Shown here piece after piece: positions 1 through 13,900 of a DNA stretch of 64,000 nucleotides. This DNA comes from Selaginella moellendorffii (Eukaryota > Plantae > Lycopodiophyta). The translations under genes were made by a program, and so were the position numbers. The DNA is taken from the NCBI RefSeq assembly GCF_000143415.4, contig NW_003314275.1, forward strand, positions 1,059,955 through 1,123,954, in the 5' to 3' direction. A model generated the notes under the pieces. The model saw only the letters and a list, made by a program, of their open reading frames with translations. It had not been told where the DNA came from and did no database searches. Position 1 is the stretch's first letter, and the number at the start of each line of letters is the position of its first letter.

Positions 1-1844
1 GATACTTTGTGTTCTTTGAGTTGTCTTTCATAAGTTGTTTGGTATTCTATCTGCAATCTTTAATAGTTAAACTTTATCATTGAGTTTACTTGATGATATA
101 CTTGCTATTGAATTTTGTTTGATGGTGAATCCTATGTTTACCAATTATGATGATCTTGGTGGTTCATATACTATAATACTAGTTTATCGGATGATAACTT
201 ACTTGGAATACTTTTGTGTTCTAATCTAAGATATACTCACTGATAATTAAGTCTCTCAGATATCATTGTCTCTGACTTTGATAATGTCTATCTATGATCT
301 TTGAGTTTGGGCCAGTAATAGGCAGACTGGCTTCGGCACTTCGTGTGCATGTTGAAATCTCTAGTCATGGGGTAGCTACTGTCGACTGGTCACATAACCC
401 GCCTCTCTGTCGATGTTCCTTATTCTGTTGAAAGGGCGTGACCGTATAAACAACTCTAACTGCCTGTTTACAGTAGTCTATCTAAACCTTACCGACGGGT
501 TTGGTTTCTTTGCTCAGGAGGGTTGGGGCCTCTGGCTTCTCTCTCTATATTCCTGCGGGCAGGGCATATCACACTTTTGTAAGCTGGGTGACTCCCAGAG
601 CAGCAAGGGTGGCTGACTCCATTGGTCATTTCCTTGTCGGTGACGGCCGGAAGGTGTCTGAGCTGGTAGCGCATCCGCGTTAGACAAAGAGGTTGCTTCC
701 TAACTCATTTAAGTTGGTGCATTTCTCACATAGTGTGAGTACCGTGAACTTTTTCTGGAGTTGTTTCCTTGGCGGTATTCTAGACTCGAGTATGCATCGA
801 CGAGGACGTCGATCTTCCCAAGGGGGGGAGAGTGTCGCGAATGTGACTTCAGGTATCGAAAGTTACCTGTCGGCTAGTCCTTACGGACACTCTTACCTTA
901 CTGCCACGATGGCAGGAGGTCGGTATTGCTGGACCCGTTATCAGTTTCCCACTTGAGCTAGTTGAGAAACTGGTCAATGACCATGTACTTAAATCGGATA
1001 AACATAAGGTAGGAACCCTATGTGTTTCTTGCTGAGCATACTCGGCCTGGTTTGAGAAACTTGAGTTATTGGCTTGCACTTGCTAGTATCAAGAACCCCC
1101 GTGATATTGAGATTGGTCCCTCAATATCGCTAGATGATAGCTTACCGTGTCTGCCAAACACCCTCGCTATCATGCCTTTTGTGTTAGTCTCATTTTGGTC
1201 CCAAATGCTATTTATGGAAAGTGTTTAGATTTGCTCATTTGGCATATCTGTGGAATGTAGAGATTGTCCTGAACACAATGGTGTTCGTCCCGTGCCCAAA
1301 TTCGCAATCTAGGGACATTCCATATTTAGTAAGTTTCGAGCTTGTCCCAGAGACTAACTCCTGATACTAAGGGAGGCTTGGGGTGAAAGCCCAAAGCGTG
1401 TGTTCCTCAGGGGGGGGGGGGGGCTGTGGGGGGTTCCAAATGTATAGTAGGGATAGTGGGTAGGTCGGGCATGGCCGACCAACCTGAGGCATAGTCTAGC
1501 TCCCGCTTGCGTGCCTGTCCTTGTTCTGCGTCCGGCTTGGGTCTAAGCCCAAGTTCCATTCCATGCTAGTTGGTGGAGTACCCATATCCTCGCGTTAGGC
1601 CACCGGTATGCCGAAATAGCGCTAGACTCCGTTTGGCTCCGTTTTGCGTGTTGGTTCTGGCATTGGGATGCTGGTCGTTCCAGGACTGTTCCAAGTTGCT
1701 CCGGGCTCCCGTCCCTTCGCTCCTTGGGCTTTATGCTCGGGAGTTGCTTCGTGGTTCGGTTCCGTCACTCCTTGGCTCCATGCTTGGGAGTTTGGCACCG
1801 TTCCTTCGTTCAGTGGCCCAGGGCCCTGAACTTCGGGTTTCTAT

Positions 1845-1897
1845 GGACACGTGGCATGGACACGTGGCATGTGACACGTGGCATCTGTCACGTGGCA
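1845..1897. promoter_or_regulatory. Tandem array of four CACGTGGC (G-box/ABRE) motifs inside TE-derived DNA
   Basis: ggacacgtggcat-ggacacgtggcat-gtgacacgtggcat-ctgtcacgtggcac read directly; ACGTGGC is the established ABRE core. Confidence 0.6.
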
Positions 1898-1974
1898 CAA
1901 AGAGGGTTTAGGTTCTGCTTCGTGGTGTTATCCTATGGTAAATCACCATAGGATAAAGGGTCAAAACCACATGC

Positions 1975-2530
1975 GCTACAGTCTCGGCCTCGGTCTTGGT
2001 CTCGGTCCCGATCTCGGTCTCGGTCTCGGTCCCGGTCTTGGTCCCGGTCTCGGTCTCGACTTCAGACTCCATCTCGGGTCCATCTTGGACTCCATCTCGG
2101 GTCCATCTCGGACTCCATCTCGGGTCCATCTCGGACTCCCTCTCGGGTCCATCTCGGACTCCATCTTGGACTCCATCTCGGGTCCATCTCAGACTCCATC
2201 TCGGACTCCATCTCGGGTCCATCTCGGACTCCATCTCGGGTCCATCTCGGACTCCATCTCGGGTCCATCTCGGACTCCATTTCGGGTCCATCTCGAACTC
2301 CATCTCGGACTCCATCTCGGGTCCATCTCGGACTCCATCTCGGGTCCATCTTAGACTCCATCTTGGACTCCATCTCGGGTCCATCTCGAACTCCATCTCA
2401 GATCCATCTCGGGTCCACCTCGGGTCCACCTCGGACTCCATCTCAGGGTCCTTCTCGGACTCCACTTCGGACTCCATCTCGGGGTCCTTCTTGGACTCCA
2501 CTTCGGACTCCAACTTGGGTCCATCTCGGA
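1975..2530. repeat. Minisatellite of GGTCTC hexamers followed by mixed GGACTCCATCTC / GGGTCCATCTC units
   Basis: Directly visible; same array at 8790-9250, 9575-9940, 15500-15760, 23180-23525. Confidence 0.95.
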
Positions 2531-2763
2531 CACTTCCACGTGTCATGTGTTAGTCCTTTTTGGGTCCCTTTTTGGAGCCTCACTTATGGCTCGCTTCGTG
2601 CTCATTCCTCAAGCACTTTGTTAGGGGTTTCACTCCCACTCTCGACCTTTCAAGGCGGAGCTTTTAGTCCAAACATGTTACGCTCGTTTGGCTTTCGCTT
2701 CGGCCACTACCATGTGGCACCCCTCCGGCTTTATTTTGGGGCATAGGGATTTTGTGTCTCACA
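1975..2763 (-). mobile_element. Partial family-A LTR (5' part incl. minisatellite); candidate 3' LTR of the element whose 5' LTR ends at 7790
   Basis: On the minus strand it begins TGTGAGACACAAAATCCC like the LTRs at 15270 and 23035; purine-rich AAAAGGAGAGAA upstream on the minus strand. Confidence 0.7.
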
Positions 2764-5349
2764 CACATGTAATGGTTCTCTCCTTTTATTGGTTTAGTTC
2801 TCGCTAAACCTTTTAAAGACCCTTCTCTAAGTCAATCCCACTACTCCTTCTCGAGTAATCTCAATTTCCATCTATTGAACGTTCGCACTTTGGAACTTTT
2901 ACTCTTTGACTTCTGGAAGTCAATTTCCTAGGTGTCTCCAACACCTTGCATTGCACATATTGTGCAACTCCACTTCCCCATCCTAGGAAGTTCTTTACTT
3001 GAGGGCACCATCATCCTCTTTTCTATTTCGTGCCACCTTGGGCACTAAGTTCCATTTATTATACTTTGTGCTAGGGCTATCCATGGTTCTATCATTTGGC
3101 TACCTTACCGTTCCCTCCCTTAGAGCTTCCACTTTCGCCAAATCGGAGCAATTCGGAATCCATCCTTGGAAACACACGTCCTTTCCCGCAATTTGTTAGC
3201 GTCCAACACATTAGTGTTCCTCGCCTAACTTTGTCACTTGGATTCATTCCAAGGGATTCCACGGCCCTATCTTGGCCACTCATCTTTTGCTCCTATCCGT
3301 TGATTGTTGCACCAAGCAACACTGAATCACTACCTCCCTCCTTGAGGTATTCCTTTGATTCCATAGCAAAGGCTCTGCTTTGCCAAGACTAGGGTGTTCA
3401 CCCCTAGTAAGTCTCTTTAGCATTTTCTGCTATGGGCTCTATCCATAGCCCAACTTTGTGACCCTTCCATGGGTCTCTTTAGAGACTACTTTCCTTGGAC
3501 ACACTATGCCATCACAATGACATAGCTCATCTCCCTAAGGTGCTTTTCCCACTTGGTCACCTTGGCCAAGCCACACCATCATCAATAGTTCAATCAACAC
3601 TTGAACTAGGAACCTTATTCCTTAACACAAACAAGGACCTTGTCCTTATTTAGCCACAAGATCACCTAGTGATCTCACCTCGGCACCTTAACAGGTTTGC
3701 CAATAGATACTAGGTCTTCCAGACCTTTAACTTGTTAACTACGACCTCGGGGGCATCCCCCACACTTGGCAGTGCGCCCAAGCCAGCCCTTCCGACCAAG
3801 GGTCCATAGCAACTGAGATTGAATGTCCCCATCTCATTCACCACGTCCTTGGTGCCACTAGCACCAAAGTGTTCAAGTTAAATATGTTGAGCCACACTAA
3901 GCAATCTAACCGTGCATCACGACTCCGAGGCATCCCTCGCTTGGCGGTGTGCCCAAACCAGTCTCCACACTAAGAGTCCATGACCACCGAAAAATGAGTG
4001 TCCTCATATTCCAAACCATCACCACGCCCTAGTGAGTTGGGACTCGAACCCAAGCACTAGAGGGTCGGAACTCAAACCCAACTTCCGTATATGCATCTAC
4101 GGACGGCATCACCCAGGATGCCTGGCGTGACTCCCCACGCCAGTGCACCAACTTATACTCAAAGCGCGCCATAGATCATAGCTTAGGAACCTAGTTCCTC
4201 CACACTGCCAAGTCCTCTCACTTGACAAGTCTGTGATCATGCATGGACTCCTCCATGCTTGGCCCCATGGCCCACCCTTTTTGAAGTTATCACCTTCAAT
4301 TAGGGTATTTGTTCCCCTGACTTGCCAATCTCGCTTTGGCAAATCCTCCGACCACTGTAACATGGTTCCTGCACAAGCGTGAAAGCCCTTAGTCATCGAC
4401 TCTCGTTCAAAGCCCTCTCTTTGAACACTCGGGAACTACTTCCCTAACCTTGATAGCCTTGCCTCATGGCAAGCTTCAAGACCACGCTTCTGCTGCGCCA
4501 CTTTGATTTCGCGTGTTCCTTGAACCATTTACGCTTGGCCTTTTTAGGTACTAAGCTACATAGAATCATCTTTGGGAACCTTGAAGGAACTCTGTCCTTT
4601 AGCTTGCTAAGGCTTCCCTTTTTGCAAGCTTTCCAATTACCATATAGTCTAACATGGACAATTCCATATTTTAGACTCTCCATGGCATCACGGTTGCCAG
4701 CGGCAACACCCTCGAGCCCCCACTTGATTTTCCACTCCCAGCTGGCATAACCAACCTTGGTTATGCCCTTCGATTCCTATGGTTCGGTTCTATCCCCTTA
4801 CTTTTTGCTTTTGGCTTCACACCTTTCCTTCGGTCATTCTCCTCCAGACCAGGAAGATAGCTTTGCACTTTCTTTTATGCCTTAGCAAGTATTCTTAGGG
4901 ATGAACCTACCCGATAGCCTAGGGAGTGGTTCCTCAATCCAGGTATGCTCACCCTATAATCCCACACAACGAGATTACGTTGTTGCTTATGGGCCTTTAT
5001 ATGCCTATCACTAGCCTTGCCAAAATTCCCTTTTTGGCTTTGTCCAATTCGAGTAGACAGTCTTCTCCTGTCTCCGCCACCTTTGGACATTTGGATAGCA
5101 ACTTCTATCTATCATTCTGTAAGCCACAAATTTTTCTTTTCCAATTTGCCAGCTTACCTCGTCTATCCGTCCAACACTGCCTTGGCTTTTGCTAAGTTCC
5201 CTCGCCAAGGTTCTCGCCTATGGTACCAGCTCCTACTTGGTTTCAGCTACTCATTGCACGAGCAATGGAGTGTTAGCCATCCTTCCACGGATTCCCAAAT
5301 CACTCCCAATCCCCCTCCCCGGGTTAGACTGGACTAAGGTTCGGCTACA

Positions 5350-6230
5350 CTCCCCGCAAGCACAAGCAGCCAAGCACACAAAGCTTCCAGGTTCCTAACA
5401 TCCCTTGGTACCACAAGACTTGATCATGGGACCCTCTAAATCCCAAGTCTTGAGTGCAACACTTGCTTCGGGACGTCGGGGCGAAACACCGTGGCCTAGC
5501 GGCCCGGTATGGGTACCTCTCGCCCCCCACTTCCATCCCGAAGGAAGGCCCAAGCCCCTAGGAAGGGCGAGGACCAATGAGCCGCATGGTACTCAAGTGG
5601 GGCACCACTCCACATGAGCCGGGAGCACCGCAATCGGTTTCCCTTTCGGGAGTGGGAGCTGCTCTTGAGCACTTCCTTGGATGGCCCCTCCGGCACCAGC
5701 CAAGTCCATGCTCACTCCCACCCAAGGCCCCTCGGTCCCAGTCCCAACCTCAAGTCAGTTTGGAAGCCCAACTGGAGAGTCCCTTCAAAACTGGTTCCTG
5801 GACCTCACTATCCCTACTATACTTTTGGAACCCCCTGCAACCCCCCCCCCCTGGGGGACGCACGCTTTGGGCTTTCACCCCTTGACCCGTATTAGTATTT
5901 GGACTTAGTCTCTGGCTCGATCTCGGATCCGATTTCGGATCCGACTTCGGATTCGGTCTCGGACTCGATCGTGGACTCGATCTCGGACCCGATCTCGGGC
6001 CCGACCTCGGACTCGATTTCGGACTCGGTCTTGGACCCGATTTCGGATCTCGGACTCCGTCTCGAACTCGGTCTCGAACTCGGACTCGAACTCGGTCCCC
6101 GAGTCGGTCTCGGACTCGATTCCGGACTCTATCTCGAACTCGGTCCTAGAGTCGGTCTTGGACTCGATCTTTGACTTGGTCCCATCCGATGAACTCTTTG
6201 TCATTTTGGTCATGCTTTCGGGGTTCCTTT
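5350..6230 (-). mobile_element. Diverged family-A-related LTR fragment with GGACTCGATCTC minisatellite variant
   Basis: Shares the ccctactatacttttggaacccc...gggctttcaccc module and a related minisatellite; segment absent from the homologous internal region near 13200-13400. Confidence 0.55.
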
Positions 6231-7773
6231 AGCCTACGACACCTCGGCGAGTTGGTTCCTTACACATTCAATAGGGACTTAGTCCCTTGGGCCTTATTTA
6301 TTACCCTCGCGACATCAAACACCACCTCCTAGTGTTCTAGAGTGTTCGGGTGTCCCAATGATGGCTTCCTTGACAATGAATATTTCCTTTTATAACATTG
6401 ACTTACTATATCGCAACATAAGCAACTTATCCCCCGTAAGGGTACGTCCAACTTCCCTATGCCATTAAGAAGGCTTGGGTAGCTACCTTCTATTCGTTTA
6501 ACCAATTATTTTGCACCTCTTGCTTAGTTGCCTCATAGTTGTCAAGTCTTACAACTCATTGCTGGTGCTTCCACACCTCCATCATTATCTGGGTCACCAC
6601 ACTCCAACTACATGCTCTACCGCTTAGGATATGCCATTCCCATTTCCATTGGGATTCCTTTGGCAAGGGGTTCTCATGAACCCACCAACATAGCCTCAAG
6701 GTATCACACCTTGGCACATTTGGTGTCTCCACACCATTGGCTTCACAAGCCTACCTCTATGACACTTCCTCTTTGTGTCTAAGTCTTTGCCAAAACCAAT
6801 ACCACTCTTTCTCATGCCAACCATCTGTTAGCACTGCACCATAGAGGTCACACACAACTTTGTGTCAAAGTTGTTTTCTTTTTGGGAACACCTTTCCCAC
6901 AACTTTAGCATGGCACATTTTGCTATCGATGAGATACCCTTTGTTCTCATTCTTGGATCCTATGATCCCCCCCCCCCCCCCCCCCATCCTTCGGGGGGTA
7001 CCACACACATCAGTCCAAATGCTTCCATCAGTCCTTTTAGGACCATTCCTTGACTCTACTTGAGTCATCCAGCAGTTTTGAACTCGGTTAATCCATAGAC
7101 CCGTAAGGTCCCACTTGTGAGGCACTAGCTCACCGGAATACACTTCTTGCATTCCTGTCCTACTCAGAAGGACTATTTTCACAAGTGTTACTCTGACACT
7201 TGTTTTTGTTCTCTGGGGCAACCTCTGCCCCTTAGGACTACTTGTCCATGTGATGAGAATACCAACTCATCTCTAAGTACACCCCCTAACTCCTTGGGTT
7301 GTTCCAGCATTTATTAAAGGCAGCCCCGGCTACCATTTCAAGGACTTTAGTCCTCTTCCGTATTTGACCTCCTACTGTCATTACTTCTGGTCTCACATTC
7401 ATGAGCACCAACCTCAACTATATGAGGATAATCTTGTGACTCCCTTATTGCTTTGGAGTCTTTATCTTTCCTGTGATCCCAACTTTAGTTGTTTACCACA
7501 ACTACATTGGCCATTTACTGAGTCAAACGCTCATCTGGATCACATCCTCAACTTTCTGAGGAAAACCATATACTGTTCCTAAGATCCCAAAGTTGTTCCC
7601 TTACCGGCCCCTTTTCTATCCACCACATCGCGCCCAAGTCACGCATGAACTTGAGTGGAGAGCCATGTCCTCTCGGCATGCTACTCCTCAGGGATAAGCC
7701 CACTCCTAGGACCTTCCAATGCCAATATCAATGGTGATATATTTGCGCACCAATAAAAGTCGAACTAAGGAAC

Positions 7774-7786
7774 AACTTTGATACCA
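7774..7786 (-). other. Primer binding site (tRNA-iMet type)
   Basis: Minus strand reads ...CGCTTACA-ATT-TGGTATCAAAGTT; TGGTATCAGAG is the canonical iMet PBS. Confidence 0.8.
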
Positions 7787-7789
7787 AAT

Positions 7790-9347
7790 TGTAAGCGATT
7801 AATTTTTTCATTCTACTTTAGTCACTTAACCACACCTCCAACCGCATGGAGGAGTCTCACTCACAACCTCCATAAGTCCTAATTCAGACTTGGGCTTGCT
7901 AGCCCCGAGAATGGCATCCCCGCCACTCAACCTATGCACTTGATCCAAGTGCTCCACGTGTCCGATCCCATGACCGACACCCCAAGGTACCATCGACATA
8001 TCAGCCCGTTACGCTAAGGCCATGCCCCTTTACCTTGGTCATACCAGTGGACTAACACCACCTGCATCACAGTCCCATCTCTCAAGGACTAGGCCATCCG
8101 TCCATGAGTGATCATTCCAGATCCACTCCTTAGCATCCTTAGGATGCCCACAGACATAGGGAATAGCCTTCCCCAATATCCCTTTTCCGGTCTTCACCAA
8201 GTCCCTTTCTGCCCATGGCCGTGTTCGCCAACACTGCCACTGGATCGAGGCCCACAGGCCCGACCACTAAGTCCCACGTTCCTCTGGGACTTCCTCACCA
8301 CTCGACTGTATCCTTGGTCACTACACTAAAGGACTACTCCTCCTCCTTTTCATAGTCTAGGCCTTTGGGATAACATTTTGGAACACTGTGGCCCTACGCG
8401 GGCCTCATGGGTACTCTCCTCATCTTTTGCCTTTGGGTGCTCTAGCCATGGGCTTAGAGCGAGGTTCCATTGAGCCACACCAGGTATCCAAGTAGGTAGT
8501 GCCACCCACATTTGGATTGGGAGCATCGGCCAGTCGATCTCCCGGGGGAACTAGAGCCAGCTCTTGAACACTTCACCAAGCTATCCCGCTTGTCGGTTTG
8601 TGTTCACTCTAGTCTTGGACTTCCCAGTGGGCAGCTCATCACCCAACACTGGGTCCAGCCTTCCAGGGCTAAACTGGCCTTTCCTGGCCAAACTGGCTCC
8701 ACTGCAGTCCTCCCCCCTACTATACTTTTGGAGCTCACCAAACCCCCCAGGGTCTGGGAGACGAACGCTTTGGGCTTTCACCCTCTCAGGCTCAGACTCG
8801 GATTCGGACTCGGACTCGGATTTGGACTCGAACTCGGACTCGGCCTCGGCCTCGGTCTCGGTCTCGGTCCCGATCTTGGTCTCGGTCTCAGTCCCGTCTC
8901 AGTCTTGGTCCCGGTCTCGACTTCGGACTCCATCTCGGGTCCATCTCGGACTCCATCTTGGACTCCACCTCGGACTCCATCTCGGGTCCTTCTCGGACTC
9001 CATCTCGGACTCCATCTCGGGTCCATCTCGGGTCCATCTCGGACTCCATCTCGGACTCCATCTCAGACTCCATCTCGGGTCCATCTCGGACTCCATCTCG
9101 GGTCCATCTCGGACTCCATCTCAGGTCCATTTCGGGTCCATCTCAGGTCCATTTCGGGTCCATCTCGGGTCCACCTCAGACTCCACCTCGGACTCCATCT
9201 CGGGGTCCTTCTCGGACTCTACTTTGGGGTGCGACTCGGGTCCATCTTGGACACTTCCACGTGTCATGTGTTGGTCCTTTTGGGTCCCTAAATGGAGCCT
9301 CGCTTATTGCTCTTTTTGTGCTTGTTTCTCATAACACTTTGTTGGGA
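7790..9347 (-). mobile_element. Family-A 5' LTR (runs into assembly gap)
   Basis: Ends ...CGCTTACA next to the PBS; colinear with the LTRs at 15270-16771 and 23035-24548. Confidence 0.85.
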
Positions 9348-9447
9348 NNNNNNNNNNNNNNNNNNNNNNNNNNNNNNNNNNNNNNNNNNNNNNNNNNNNN
9401 NNNNNNNNNNNNNNNNNNNNNNNNNNNNNNNNNNNNNNNNNNNNNNN
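9348..9447. other. Assembly gap (100 N)
   Basis: Run of N. Confidence 0.99.
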
Positions 9448-9559
9448 GAACCTTTTAAAGTGTTCTTTTTAAACCCGTTGAGTTGTCAATCGGGGCCATA
9501 CTAATTGGTCAGGGGGGGGGGCCTTTTTGGGCTGGCGGGGTCATGTATGTTCCCCCGCC

Positions 9560-10974
9560 AAGTGCGCAGAGATGGGGTCCGAGTCCGAGTCCTATAGGGA
9601 TCCGAGACGGACTCCGAAAAGGATCCGAAAGGGCCCCGAGATGGAGTCCGAGATGGATTCCGAGATGGATTCCGATATGGCCCCGAGATGGAGTCCGAGA
9701 TGGACCCAAGATGGACCCGAGATGGAGTCCGAGATGGAGTTGGAGATGGACTTGAGATGGAGTCCGAGATGGACCCGAGATGGAGTCCAAGATGGACCCG
9801 AGATGGAGTCCGAGATGGAGTCTGAGATGGAACTGAGACCGAGACCGAGACCGAGGCTGAGACCGAGACCGAGACCGAGTTCGAGTCCAAAACCGGGACC
9901 GAGACTGAGTCCGAGTCCGAGTTCGAGCCCGAGTCCAAGTCCGAATACTAATACAGGCAATTGGGTGAAAGCCCAAAGCGATCGTCCCCCAGGGGGGTGG
10001 GGGGGGGGGGCTGCGGGGGGTTCCAAAAGTATAGTAGGTAGAATATGGGGGTTGGAGCCCAGTGGAGCCAGTTTGGCCAGGAAGGGCCAGTTTGGCCCAG
10101 GAAGGCCATACCCAGTGTTGGGTGATGAACTGGCCACTAGGAAGTCCAAGACTAGAGTGAATACGGACTAACGAACGGGGTAGCTTGGTGAAGTGTTCAA
10201 GAGCCGGCTCTAGTTCCCCCGGGAGATCGAATGGTCGATGTTCCCAGTCCAAGTGTGGGTGGCACTACCTACTTGGATACTTAGTGTGGCTCAACGGAAC
10301 CTCGCTCTAAGCCCATGGCTAGAGCACCCAAAGGCAGAAGGCGGGGAGAGTACCCATGAGGCCCACATAAAGCCACGGTGTTTCGAAATGTTGTCCCAAA
10401 GGCCCAGACTGTGGAAAGGAAGAGGAGTAGTCCTCTGGTGTAGTGACCAAGGATACAGTCGAGTGGTGAGGAAGTCCCAGAGGACCGTGGGACTTAGTGG
10501 TCGGGCCTGTGGGCCTCGATCCAGTGGCAATGTTGGCAAACACGGCCATGGGCAGAAAGGGACTTGGTGGGGACCAGAAAGGAGATATTGGGGAAGGCTA
10601 TTCCCCATATCTATGGGCATCCTAAAGATGCTAAGGAGTGGATCTGGAATGATCACTCATGAACGAATGGCCCAATCCTTGAGAGATGGGACTGTGATGT
10701 AGGTGGTGTTAGACCACCGGTGTGACCAAGGTAAAGGGGCATGGCCTTAGCGTAACAGGCTGATATGTCAGTGTTACCTTGGGGTGTCGGTCATGGGATC
10801 GGACACATGGAGCACTTGGATCAAGTGCAAAGGTTAAGTGGCGGGGATGCCATTCTCGGGGCTAGCAAGCCCAAGTCTGAAATAGGACTTATGGGGGTTG
10901 TGAGTGAGACTCCTCCAAGTGGTTGGAGGTGTGGTTAAGTGACTAAAGTAGAATGGAAAATTTAGTCGCTTACA
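9560..10974 (+). mobile_element. Family-A LTR (young copy), apparently nested in an older family-A LTR
   Basis: Ends TAGTCGCTTACA at 10974, followed directly by mid-LTR sequence (gagggggagtacccatg) of a degenerate copy; 5' start unclear near the gap. Confidence 0.8.
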
Positions 10975-13900
10975 GAGGGGAGTACCCATGATGCTCACGT
11001 TGGGTTGTGGTGTTTTAAAATGTTGTCCCAAAATCTTAAACTATGGAAAGAAATAAGAGTGATCCTCTCACTTAATAACCAAAAGTATGGTTATGTGGTG
11101 AGGAAGTCCTAAAGGTTAGTGGAGTATAATAGATGAGCATTTGAGCTTTGGACTGGTGGTGGTGTTTGTAAGCACTACTATGGATGGAGATGGATTTGGT
11201 GGAGACTGAAAAGGGGATATTAAAAAATGGTGTTCCCTATATCTTGGAGCATTTTAAGGATGCTAAAGTGTAGTCATGGGATGACTATATAAGTAATCAA
11301 AGGAACGACTTAAAAAATAATCCATAAGGGTTCAAATATAGAGGAAAAAAGCCCATGAATAAAAGTCTAATTGGTTAAGGATCTTGAAATTCTTAAGGTT
11401 AAGCATTCTTGGGTTTGAATGGTACTAGGTTGGGTGATCTTTCAAGAAGTCCAAATTGAAAAGCTTATAGACCACTCATGGATGGATGGCTTAGTTTTAT
11501 AGAAATGGGACTGTGTTACAGATAGTCTTAGACTACTAATGAGATAAGGGCGAAATAACTTGAGATATCGATGGTATCTTTGGGTGTTGGAAGTGAGACT
11601 AAACATGTGGAACATTTAGAGTAAGTGCAAAGTTGATGTGGTCTCGAGATCATATCTGGGGGTAAGCAAGTACCCCAAAGTAGATGAGGACCTACAAAGG
11701 TTATAAGTGAGACTCTTCCAAGTGACTAATGTTGAATGGAAAATATAATCGCTTACAACTTAGCATCAGAGTTGTTTCTTAGTTCAACTATTATTAATGG
11801 TCAAGTATATCACCACTTAGTATTAACATTGGAAAGTCCTAGAAGTGGATTTACCCTCAAGGAGTAGCATGTCATAAAGGGCATAACTCTCCACTTTAGT
11901 TCATATATGAATATGTAAGTAATGTGGTGGATAAAAAGTGCTTAATAAGGGAACAACTTTAGAATTTTGGGAATAGTAAAAGGCTTTTCTTAAAAAGTTG
12001 AGGAGGTGATCTATATAAATGTTTGACTTGACAAACTAGCTAATTTGGTTGTGGTAAACAACCATAATTGGGATCATGAGAACTATAAAGACTCCTAGAA
12101 AATAAAGGAGTTATAGAATTTCCCTTATATGGTCAAAAATATGATTCATGAATTTGATATTAGAGGTGATGATCAAATACGGATAGGACATATGTCCTTA
12201 AAGTGATAGCTAGGGTTACTTTTAATAAATGCTGGAATAATCCAAGGAATTAAAGGTGTACTTAAAGGAAGTTCTAAGGGGCAAATATAACTCATATGGA
12301 ACAAAAGGTAGTCAAATGTTGGAATAACACTTATGAGAATGGTCTTTATGAATAATATATGAATACAAGAAGTCATATTCAAATGTAGTGGCACATTTAA
12401 AAGCTAGGACCTTAGGGGTTATAGGACTAAGCAAAATTTAAAAGTTGGATGATTCTTTAAAGTCAAAGAATGGTCCCAAAGCCTTGAATGAAACATATTT
12501 AGAGTGAGGAGTGAGATGTGTTATGCCCTACCATGCACTAGGAGGATTATAAGATCTAAGTATGAGAACAATGATCAATGACAAAAGGTGCCATAAGAAA
12601 AGTGTTTGCTAAAGAAAATAATTCTTGAGAAGAGTTGTGTGTGAATACGATAGTAAAGTGCTAACCAATAGGTGGCATAAGAAATGACAAGTATAGCCTT
12701 AGCCGGAAATATAGACACAAGTGGAATGTGTCATGTGAACCTTAAAGCATCTTCCCTTTGAGATACTTTGTGTCTTCATACCATTGGCTTTACAAAGTTA
12801 TCAAGTTAGTTAATTCATGAAAACCTTTTGCCAAATGAACCCCAATAGAAATAGGATTGGCTTAGCCTAAACTAGAAGGTATGGGATTCATGTCCTTGGG
12901 CCAAACATTGATGGAGGTGTGCAAGCACTAGTAATGAGTTGTAAGATATAATAACTATGAGGCAACTAAACAAAAGTTTGGAGTAATTGGTTGGAAGAGC
13001 TAATTTCATAAGACTTCTTATCAGGATAAAAAGGAAGTTAAATATATCTCTTAAGAGATAATGTGTTTATGTTGCAATATAGTGAGTCAATGTGATAACA
13101 AAAAATGCCTTTATGATATCAAACACAATTTCTTTAGTGTTTTAAAGTGTTTATATATTTCAGTGATGGACTTCCCAAACAATAAGCATTAAATAAGGCT
13201 CAAAGGACTAAGTCTCCAAAGAATAATAAATAAAAGGTGCTATACAATGTCATTGATCTCATGCCATTATGGTAGTAAGGAAAGAATATCTAAAAAGACT
13301 CACCGACAAGTAACTTTTGATACCCATAATCATATTTACAACAATAATAAAGTATCAAAGGTGATAAAAGCTAAAGACGAAGTTAAGTCTATTTATCTAA
13401 AGAGGATAAAGCCAAAAGGCTTTTGGCACAATTAGCAACAAGAATATAAGAGCGTATGAGTAGTAAATGTTAATCTTAGTGTGTGGGATTACAAGATGAG
13501 CATATTTAAATTGAGGAATCACTCCATAAACTATTAAGTAGGTTCATCTCTAAGAATGTTTGCCAAAGTATGGTAGAAAGTGCAAAACTACCCTCTTAAC
13601 ATGAAAGAGAATAACAAAGGGAACATATAAGGCCAAAAGCAAATAGTAAAAGGATAGAAAAAGATCATAGGAATTAAAAGGCATAGCCAAGGGTAATTAT
13701 AAATGTTGAGAGTGGAGAATCAAATGGGTGTTTTAAAATGTTGCTACTGGCAACTATAATGTCATAGAGAGTCTAAAGTATTAAATTATTTATGATAAAC
13801 TATATTATACTTAGGAAGATTGTGAAAGGAAAAACCTTAATAAGCTAAGGGATGGAATCCCTTTAATGTTCCTAAAGATAATTCTTAAATCAGTACCCAG

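Larger units (their letters stand above)
2764..7789 (-). mobile_element. Internal region of family-A LTR element, no recognisable gag/pol (LARD-like)
   Basis: PBS at its 7789 end; reverse-complement homology to 11760-14000; no ORF with RT, integrase or protease motifs. Confidence 0.6.

Noticed and set aside
1975-2530. CRISPR-like appearance of the regular short repeats
   Set aside because: No unique spacers, no cas genes, eukaryotic context
1878-2553. Long ORFs in many frames with WSPR/SISD/MESE repeats (also 8512-10252, 22979-23634)
   Set aside because: They arise from the stop-free LTR minisatellite; not credible proteins
4039-4051. Pol III B-box-like GGGTTCGAGTCCC on the minus strand
   Set aside because: No cloverleaf or clear A-box found, so no tRNA/SINE call
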